In this document: positions 57,399-64,000 of the stretch, piece after piece
Numbering within the stretch: position 1 is the first letter of the stretch
Layout of the letters: every line of letters begins with the position of its first letter
DNA from: Dehalococcoidia bacterium
GTDB lineage: Bacteria > Chloroflexota > Dehalococcoidia > SZUA-161 > SpSt-899
Length of the DNA: 64,000 nt
Assembly: GCA_046484125.1 (NCBI GenBank)
Contig: JAWOBX010000049.1
Location: 4,437 to 68,436 of the forward strand
Direction: 5' to 3'
The notes under the pieces: generated by a model
What the model was told of the DNA's origin: nothing
Databases searched by the model: none
Seen by the model: only the letters and a program-made list of their open reading frames with translations
Made by a program: the position numbers and the translations under genes

Positions 57399-57877
57399 AA
57401 GAAGCACAACGACCGAACGCGGATGAATACTTCCTCAAGATAGCCTCAGTTGTGGCGGAACGGTCCACCTGCCTGCGTCATCACGTCGGCGCGGTGGCGG
57501 TCAGTAACAAACATATTCTGGCCACAGGGTACAACGGAGCCCCCGCCGGTTTGCGCGACTGCCTTGAGCTGGGTTGCCTGCGAGATGAACAGGCTATTCC
57601 TTCGGGGATGCGTCACGAAGTATGCCGGGCAATCCATGCCGAACAAAACGTTATTATCCAGGCTTCACTGCATGGCGTGAGCCTGGAGGGGGCCACCATC
57701 TACTGCACGCACACACCCTGCATCCTGTGCGCCAAAATGCTGGTAAATGCCAGGATCAGCCGCTTCGTCAGTTTCCGACAGTACGCCGATGATTCCTTTG
57801 TAAGGCTGTTCGATGAGGCTGGAATCACGGTAGACACCCTTCAGATGCCACCCACGGAGATCACTCACCTGGAATAA
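57395..57877 (+). CDS. dCMP deaminase (ComEB-like)
   Basis: HAEQNVI and TPCILCAKML zinc motifs. Confidence 0.85.
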   Translation: MKEAQRPNADEYFLKIASVVAERSTCLRHHVGAVAVSNKHILATGYNGAPAGLRDCLELGCLRDEQAIPSGMRHEVCRAIHAEQNVIIQASLHGVSLEGATIYCTHTPCILCAKMLVNARISRFVSFRQYADDSFVRLFDEAGITVDTLQMPPTEITHLE

Positions 57878-57906
57878 GACAGCCTCCACTCAGCCGGCTT
57901 TCCACC

Positions 57907-58812
57907 TCAAACCACGTGAATGATGGTCACGCCGCCAACTATCATACCAATGGCCAGCGACCTCATCACGACAGTGCGTACATCCATCCGGCGCTCGAGC
58001 AGTATACCGGAGGCGATCCTGCCTAATATCAACGCGTAGATGAACACGAAAACCGGCTGCGTGCTGGCGATGGTAGAAACCAGCGAAACCGGCCCCCGCT
58101 GAATCGACCAGAAGAGAAGAACAATCGCGACTGGAGCCAGCGTTTCGTTGATTGTCAGTATGGCAAACGTCGATCGCGGTCTCTCCACGCTCCGGAGCTG
58201 ATTGAAGAGACCGCTCCGGAGTGAGAAAACTATCGCCATTAATCCCCAAATCACCGCCCCGATAGCGTACATATTCCAGGAGGATATGTCCTCAAGGGCA
58301 TACTTGCTGGTGAGATTGGCGCCCGCCAGACACAGGGCCGCGATGAACGGCAACGCTACGTATTTATTGAGTCTGGTAGGCCCGGCTTGTTCGTCTCGCC
58401 CCGCCGAGATCAGTATCGCTCCCCCGACTGTGATCATTATCGCCAGCCATTCCACTCCCAGCAGCCTTTCATTCATTAAAGGAACGGCCAAGACCGCCAC
58501 GATTACCGGATGAATGTTGACCACCGGGATTATCCTTGAAACCTGCACCTTCTGCATGGCATAGAGGAACGAAAATACAGCCAGCCCCCTGATAAACCCG
58601 GAACCAGCCGCTACCAAAACAGGGCCGGACCCAACCCCTTCCGGCCAGGGCGCGGTTACCAGGACAATAACACCATAGAATACGGCTATGACACCTACCG
58701 GAAACAGAAAAGCCCACAGACTGGGCATTCTGCTGGCGATCAGGTGACTATCTATAACATTGACCGCGGAAAGGATGGCAGCCGCCAGGATGGCGGAATC
58801 GGCCCAGCTCAA
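57907..58812 (-). CDS. EamA/DMT-family transporter
   Basis: About 10 TM segments in two EamA repeats; 301 aa. Confidence 0.7.
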   Translation of the reverse strand: MSWADSAILAAAILSAVNVIDSHLIASRMPSLWAFLFPVGVIAVFYGVIVLVTAPWPEGVGSGPVLVAAGSGFIRGLAVFSFLYAMQKVQVSRIIPVVNIHPVIVAVLAVPLMNERLLGVEWLAIMITVGGAILISAGRDEQAGPTRLNKYVALPFIAALCLAGANLTSKYALEDISSWNMYAIGAVIWGLMAIVFSLRSGLFNQLRSVERPRSTFAILTINETLAPVAIVLLFWSIQRGPVSLVSTIASTQPVFVFIYALILGRIASGILLERRMDVRTVVMRSLAIGMIVGGVTIIHVV

Positions 58813-59305
58813 AACACATCGCTCACTTTCGGTATATTCACCGGATTATAGCTTACAGGATTCACGGAAGGATTCAAAGTTCCATCCCGATCACGAGAGA
58901 TTACGCGCTCGTCCCCACGAATTCGCGCCGCCTGGAGACTGGTTTAACGAACCTCTTGAGGAAAGTGGTGACTTCGCCCGGTCTGGGAGTTTCCCACGGA
59001 TTCAAATCTCCGCAGGTTTGGGGGATTCAAAGGGTTGATCTGATTTGCCTTAAGGAACCTCTCCAATAAGAGGTGACTTCGGGGGGCGGGGGGGGTCCCC
59101 CAGCTTTAAAAGTCCTCCATGATTGGGGGATTTAAGGAGGTTGATTTAAGTTGCCTTAATACGAACGGCAATGTATATCAGAATGGTACCGCTCCATGTC
59201 ATTCCGGCTTGAGGGCCGGAATCCACTTCCCACCATTCATCCGGATTCGGAGTTTTCGCCGCAAACGGCGGGTGATTATTCGCTCTTTATTTGCCGGTCT
59301 GGTGG

Positions 59306-59638
59306 CTAAGCCGCACAGCTATCATCACTGTGATGAACCACCCCGGCCACCTTCAAAACGGGAACTACAAATGCCAGTCCGGAACCGGGCTCGTTCAGTT
59401 CGGCGGCCTGGACGATTCCCTCAAGAATGGCCTCTACCCTGCCTTCATAGGCTATCGAAAGTATAATTTCCTTCTCCGGTTCGATGGGAATCCCCATTAT
59501 TTTACGCTTTTCATGAATCCCCACCCCGCGGCCATACATAACCGTACCGCCTTCGGCTCCAGCCCCGCATGAGGCCTCCAGAACTTTGGGACCCCATCCT
59601 TTTCTGACAATGCTGATGATAAGAAATATGTCCGACAT
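59306..59638 (-). CDS. P-II-like (GlnB-fold) protein of the type associated with DUF1538 membrane proteins
   Basis: 110 aa; MSDIFLIISIVRKGWGPKVLEASCGAGAEGGTVMYGRGVG; immediately downstream of two DUF1538 genes. Confidence 0.55.
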   Translation of the reverse strand: MSDIFLIISIVRKGWGPKVLEASCGAGAEGGTVMYGRGVGIHEKRKIMGIPIEPEKEIILSIAYEGRVEAILEGIVQAAELNEPGSGLAFVVPVLKVAGVVHHSDDSCAA

Positions 59639-59640
59639 TA

Positions 59641-60375
59641 TTATTCCTCCTTTTCGCGCAATTTGATACGAAACAAAAGTCCGAGCACCATAATGGGGAG
59701 GATGGGCGCCAGGGCTATCAGTGATATCAGTCCAAAACCATCAATAATCGGGTCACGGCCTTCGGTAGTTGAGGCGATACCCACAGCTATTGCCAGCAGG
59801 AAAGTTACTGCCATCGGACCGGTGGCGACCCCGCCGGCATCAAATGCAATTGTGATGAAGTTCTTGTCGGTAAACCATAGCATGATTATTGCCAGAAGGT
59901 AACCGGGTATAATTATCCATAGCAATGGTATTCCATATACTATTTTGCCCATCCCTAAAGCGACAAAAAGGGCAACCCCAATTGATATGGTATAGAGAAC
60001 CACTCTCTTAGGTATTGAACCGCTTGAGACTTCCTGAACCTGTTGACTGAGTATACGGACGGCGGGTTCTCCCAGGGTGGCCAGAAATCCCATCATGAAA
60101 CCAAACGGTATCAGAAGCCATTGCAGCTTAATGGTCCCCAGCATTTCTCCCATGGCCTCGCCCGCCGGGAAGAAGCCGGCGTTTACCCCCTGGAGAAAGA
60201 GGATAAGACCTGCCAGTGCCAGCACAGACCCTTTCAGGAGATTAAATACGTAGCTTACCGGAAGCCTCAGTACCAAAAAGTGAAATATAAGGAAAAGTCC
60301 CAGCAGTGGCGCTAACGCCTGGACGATTCCCAGTGCTGTATGCCCGATGCCGTCCCAGATGGTTATGCTGCTCAA
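59641..60375 (-). CDS. DUF1538-family integral membrane protein
   Basis: 244 aa, about 6 TM segments; paralog of the next gene. Confidence 0.6.
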   Translation of the reverse strand: MSSITIWDGIGHTALGIVQALAPLLGLFLIFHFLVLRLPVSYVFNLLKGSVLALAGLILFLQGVNAGFFPAGEAMGEMLGTIKLQWLLIPFGFMMGFLATLGEPAVRILSQQVQEVSSGSIPKRVVLYTISIGVALFVALGMGKIVYGIPLLWIIIPGYLLAIIMLWFTDKNFITIAFDAGGVATGPMAVTFLLAIAVGIASTTEGRDPIIDGFGLISLIALAPILPIMVLGLLFRIKLREKEE

Positions 60376-61067
60376 TTCAACACCATCCCCATGATCATGA
60401 CTCCTATTACCGGTCCGATGGATGCAAGCCCGATCAAGCCGAAACTGTCTGAGAGAGATGATTTTCCCGCCAGTACCGAACTGAATCCGAGTCCCAGCGC
60501 AAGAATAATGGGGACCGTCATAGGTCCGGTGGTGACACCGCCCGAATCGTACGCGACAGGCACGTATTCAGTAGGAGTGAAGAAAGCGAGGGTAATAACC
60601 GCGGCATAACCTCCTGCGAGAAGGTAAGCTATACGAAAATTCAACAGGATACGAATCATCGCCATCACAACGAAAAAGGCCACTCCAATGGAGATGACAT
60701 AGACCAGGACATTCTTTGAAACAGTCCCCTGAGAGACCTCATCGACCTGATGGGTCAGGACGATGACATCCGGCTCGGCCATTGTCGCGGCGAAACTGAT
60801 AACAAAAGCGATACCGATAACCCAAAATATCGAGCCCCGCCTCGGAAGTTCGGCTCCCAGCGCTTTGCCCATCGGCATTATCCCGATTTCAACACCTAGC
60901 AGAAAGAGAGCCATGCCGGCGATGACCATTATCGCTCCTACAACGAACTGGATGAAGACATCGGCGGGCATTCCGATTACAGCGAACTGTAAAATGAATA
61001 TTACGATAACCAGCGGTAAAACAGCCGATAAGACTTCCAGCAACTTGGCTTTAACATGTTTCCACAT
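60372..61067 (-). CDS. DUF1538-family integral membrane protein
   Basis: N-terminus KLLEVLSAVLPLVIVIFILQF typical of DUF1538; 231 aa. Confidence 0.6.
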   Translation of the reverse strand: MWKHVKAKLLEVLSAVLPLVIVIFILQFAVIGMPADVFIQFVVGAIMVIAGMALFLLGVEIGIMPMGKALGAELPRRGSIFWVIGIAFVISFAATMAEPDVIVLTHQVDEVSQGTVSKNVLVYVISIGVAFFVVMAMIRILLNFRIAYLLAGGYAAVITLAFFTPTEYVPVAYDSGGVTTGPMTVPIILALGLGFSSVLAGKSSLSDSFGLIGLASIGPVIGVMIMGMVLN

Positions 61068-61489
61068 ATCTATAGGATATCATGGTTATGTTGGCTTGAA
61101 ACTCGCCCGAGCGACTTTTTACAGGCAACCGGCTTAACCGATTACATTATTTAACCCGAAACCAGCGTTTCAAATACAATGGAATTCTCCCTGCGGGTGT
61201 CTTGTGAAATTGGGAACAATCCGTTTTCCCCTGACCGGGGAAAACCCTCCCCCTAACGAGGTAGGTTCTTCAGGCCACCTGATGGCACTTGCCATCAGGT
61301 GGCCTGAAGAACCTTATTAAACCGGGAGGGGAAAACAGCGATGCTGATATGCATCCGAATCAATCGCTGTTTTAGGGATTTAAGAGGGGGGCTTGACTTG
61401 TTAGCTCTTCTTTATGTAGTATATTGAACACCTTGGGAGCGGTGCCGCGGGAGAATGCGTCGCATATTACTCCCGCAAAGGAGGGGAAG

Positions 61490-61921
61490 ATGCCAAAGGA
61501 TTATCACAAGGCGTTTGAGAAGATAACAAGGCCTGAGGAAGAGGAGGGGAAGGAGGAAACCAGAGCTGATTTGCTGCGAAAATACCTGAAGGCCGCGGAG
61601 GAAACCGTTCCCCGTATCCATTCCGGCTGTAAATCTATGGCGGGTAAGAAAGGGTGGAAGTTCGATAAATGGAAGTACGCTACATGGGTAGATGATAATA
61701 CCTATCAGGTAAGTTGCGGCGCTGTTATTGGGGTCGATTCAGGGGGAAACAAGGTAAAAGTCGATATCCGGCTGTCATTTCCCTCCTCCTCCAGCAATTC
61801 CACCGAAAAAGGGTATGTTGAGCTTCGTTCGGAAAAATCGACGGTACCAAACAAGGCCATACTTATCAGGGACTTCAGCGAGGATTTTCTGGAGAAATCT
61901 CTGCCCTGGTTTTTCAAGTAA
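61490..61921 (+). CDS. Hypothetical protein (143 aa from internal Met)
   Basis: MPKDYHKAFEKITRPEEEEGKEE...; preceded by GGAGGGGAAG; no family recognised. Confidence 0.4.
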   Translation: MPKDYHKAFEKITRPEEEEGKEETRADLLRKYLKAAEETVPRIHSGCKSMAGKKGWKFDKWKYATWVDDNTYQVSCGAVIGVDSGGNKVKVDIRLSFPSSSSNSTEKGYVELRSEKSTVPNKAILIRDFSEDFLEKSLPWFFK

Positions 61922-62173
61922 AGATCAAGCCTCCATGTTCCTTATAGCATTTTGCTCACTGTTGGCTGAATGTATTTTGCCTTCCTCCGGCTCTGCGGAT
62001 GATTACGGCGGCCACTATCAGTAGAAAAGCTAAAGCCAGCTCGATGACACCTGTCTTCCATCCACCCCCATGTATAGAGTGACGTATCCCCAGCGCGAGC
62101 ATGGGTACGGCGACAGCCAGATTCAGCATGGAGTTGACAGGGATTGTTTGACACCAAACTGGCTTCTGATGAG

Positions 62174-63403
62174 CTAAAGATATCGAGCGCCCACCAGTGC
62201 CAGGGACTCGTTAACCCCGTCTTCGATCATCGCTGTCCGGGCGTCGCGAAAGATTTTTTCGACGGGACAATCCCGGGTCAGTCCGAAACTACCAAAAATT
62301 TGAATTGCTTCACTCGCCACTCTAAAAGCGGTATCAGTGGCCAGCGTCTTCGACGCTACAGCATGAGCCAGTGATCCTGGCTGGTTCGCATTATTATACT
62401 GTGCCACTTTCCGGGCAAAAACACGGGCCGCTTCAACCCTGGTGAACATATCCACAACCTTGAGTTTGATGTTCTGATGGTCAATGATTGGCGAACCACC
62501 CTGTACTCGCTGTTTTGCATAACTTAGAGCTTCATCAAAGGCCGCTTGCGCCAGTCCGGAAAAGAAGTTACCCATACCCGTGTTGCCTGCAGTTAAAATC
62601 ACGGGCATCAAGTCCGTCATAGCGGCGGGATCTGTTACTATCATGTACTTTTTCGGGATTCTCACATCGTCAAAAACGATCTCACCCTGGTTTAATGGCC
62701 GTTGTCCCATTTTGTCCAGTGGCCTGCCACGAGATATACCCGGCAGATCCAGCGGAATAACCGCAAGGCCGGTGCCATGCATCCCTTTCGAGGCATCCAG
62801 GCTCACATGCAAGGCAGCGTGAGTGGCTATGGTACCATTACTGACCCATGCCGCCTTGTTTCCATTGAGGATGTACTCATCCTGCTGCATAAAAGCCCGA
62901 ACAGAAGGAGTATACTTCGAATCGTTCATGTCAGGCAGGCTTCCCATTATCCAATCAGAACCATGGTCGGGTTCGGTGAGAGCCCAGCATCCGATCATAT
63001 TCGCGTCTGTATCTTCGGCAAACGCTTTTGCAAGCCCCTGTACTTCCGGATCAGGAGATAACATCGCGAACTGAAATGGAAAGATGGCGGATGTAAGGCT
63101 GATGGCTAAACCGGCATCAGCATAACCCATGGCTTCCCAGATCAGTGGAAAGGCCGTAGCTGGCATGTTCTCCTGCATGCCTCCAAAAGCCTCTGGCAGC
63201 CCCGTTTTATGGAAGCCGAGCTCGCGGAACTTCTTATGTACTTCATACAGGAGAGAGCCTTCTGCAATCACTTCCGACGGATCGGCAAATCTATCCAGTT
63301 CTATCCCGACCGGCCTCATGATTTCCAGGCCAAATTTTCTGGCTGTTTCGCGCATGGCCTTTGCTTCATCAGGGAGATCCGTATCCAGCTCATGGTATCC
63401 CAT
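62174..63403 (-). CDS. Acyl-CoA dehydrogenase family protein
   Basis: ACAD fold: WALTEPDHGSD, C-terminal IFGSFGLTRDCPVEKIFRDARTAMIEDGVNE; start set at MGYHELDTDLPDEAK. Confidence 0.75.
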   Translation of the reverse strand: MGYHELDTDLPDEAKAMRETARKFGLEIMRPVGIELDRFADPSEVIAEGSLLYEVHKKFRELGFHKTGLPEAFGGMQENMPATAFPLIWEAMGYADAGLAISLTSAIFPFQFAMLSPDPEVQGLAKAFAEDTDANMIGCWALTEPDHGSDWIMGSLPDMNDSKYTPSVRAFMQQDEYILNGNKAAWVSNGTIATHAALHVSLDASKGMHGTGLAVIPLDLPGISRGRPLDKMGQRPLNQGEIVFDDVRIPKKYMIVTDPAAMTDLMPVILTAGNTGMGNFFSGLAQAAFDEALSYAKQRVQGGSPIIDHQNIKLKVVDMFTRVEAARVFARKVAQYNNANQPGSLAHAVASKTLATDTAFRVASEAIQIFGSFGLTRDCPVEKIFRDARTAMIEDGVNESLALVGARYL

Positions 63404-63449
63404 TCTTTTTTTCTCCGGTATCCTTAAAATTCTGTACTTGATAATCGCT

Positions 63450-64000
63450 TCATAACAGGTTCTCAATTACCTTGCCAAACGATAGAACTCCATCAAACGC
63501 CATATGGGAGCAAAGTAACATATTACGTACGGGCAGCTTGTGCCATGGATCCAGCATCGATTCACCCGCAAAACTACAGCTTCCCGTGCCCATACTGACT
63601 TCTCCCTTTTCCATGATGTAGTCGACTTTAACCAGTTCCAATATTGAGTGCGTCCGGTTCTCCTCCGGACTGGGTATTGCCCTCAGCACTAACTGCGGCA
63701 GACGACTGTCATCGGGCATCGGACTGAAGACCATCTCATCCCTGACAACCGCGGAGCAGATCCGAATGCCTTTTGGACGTTCTACATACATCCCCAGCAC
63801 GTCCTCTTGCCGGGTGAACTCGATAATGGCCTTCTTTTTAGGGAACCCGTATACCTCGCGCCCCGCTAATATAGGAACGTCCTGATCCAGAAACAGGTAA
63901 ACGATATATGGCATCTGTTCCTCTTTATAGACCGCATCGATTGATAGTGTCACCTCCCGGTACGGGCCCAGGGAACTCTGCTCATACTCGATGAAGGCCA
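63450..64000 (-). CDS. Acetoacetate-decarboxylase (ADC) family protein; the N-terminal part runs off the window end
   Basis: The minus-strand frame stays open beyond 63953 to coordinate 64000 (...AFIEYEQSSLGPYREVTLSIDAVYKEE...); ADC-like beta-cone sequence features. Confidence 0.55.
   Translation of the reverse strand, partial: AFIEYEQSSLGPYREVTLSIDAVYKEEQMPYIVYLFLDQDVPILAGREVYGFPKKKAIIEFTRQEDVLGMYVERPKGIRICSAVVRDEMVFSPMPDDSRLPQLVLRAIPSPEENRTHSILELVKVDYIMEKGEVSMGTGSCSFAGESMLDPWHKLPVRNMLLCSHMAFDGVLSFGKVIENLL

Noticed and set aside
58813-59305. Possible CRISPR array
   Set aside because: Only two to three imperfect, non-identical repeats with unequal spacing; no cas genes.
1-64000. Mobile elements, integrases, transposases, phage genes
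   Set aside because: None recognised in any frame; composition and coding density are uniform across the window.

Overview
The window is a 64 kb, gene-dense chromosomal segment (about 85 CDS and 2 tRNAs) from a strict anaerobe. I found no rRNA, CRISPR array, transposase or prophage signal. I cannot place it taxonomically beyond that.

Left third:
- On the minus strand, a NuoG-like, NuoE-like and NuoF-like (partial) flavin/Fe-S module.
- A GAF histidine kinase plus two stand-alone receiver proteins.
- A second NuoE/NuoF/NuoG-N-terminal trio that is HoxEFU-like, with no catalytic subunit in the window.
- A crotonase, then CooC and a clear AcsE methyltransferase (Wood-Ljungdahl fragments), then convergent mutL.

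Central-left:
- A methylmalonyl-CoA pathway block: 12S carboxyltransferase, a fused 5S-biotin carrier subunit, malate dehydrogenase, split class-I fumarase, and a fumarate reductase flavoprotein with an SdhB-like Fe-S subunit and separate HdrC-like and HdrB-like proteins. It has no membrane anchor, so it resembles a thiol:fumarate reductase or type-E enzyme.
- Housekeeping genes follow: Nudix, GNAT, nadK, Mut7-C, archease-rtcB, a lipoprotein-type acetolactate decarboxylase, a PLP decarboxylase, apbC and coaE.

Central-right:
- A long minus-strand island of redox and Fe-S proteins: MBL-fold x3, DUF4125, two diverged tandem paralogs, YkoF-like, nitroreductase, ferredoxins, an HdrD-like CCG protein, radical SAM, CGGC, a J-domain protein and a MetV-like protein.
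- This runs into the most unusual locus, which I think is the best candidate for an undescribed system. It contains an IscU-like scaffold, two NifB/NifX-domain proteins, three tandem FmdB zinc-ribbon proteins, two MinD-type ATPases with ferredoxin inserts, DUF5320 proteins and Gly/Arg/Trp-rich low-complexity proteins, DUF1847, and a DUF134 regulator. It looks like an uncharacterised metallocluster handling or trafficking system.

Right end: a HAD hydrolase, sirtuin, a crotonase with a zinc-ribbon tail, tRNA-Pro and tRNA-Met, a kinase and dCMP deaminase, an EamA transporter, an unusual repeat and hairpin region, a P-II-like protein with two DUF1538 membrane proteins, an acyl-CoA dehydrogenase, and a partial acetoacetate-decarboxylase-family gene.

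Caveat: boundaries derived from the supplied ORF track were checked for frame; positions I read directly off the sequence lines (tRNAs, the 51 aa ORF, promoter, hairpins) may be off by 1 nt.
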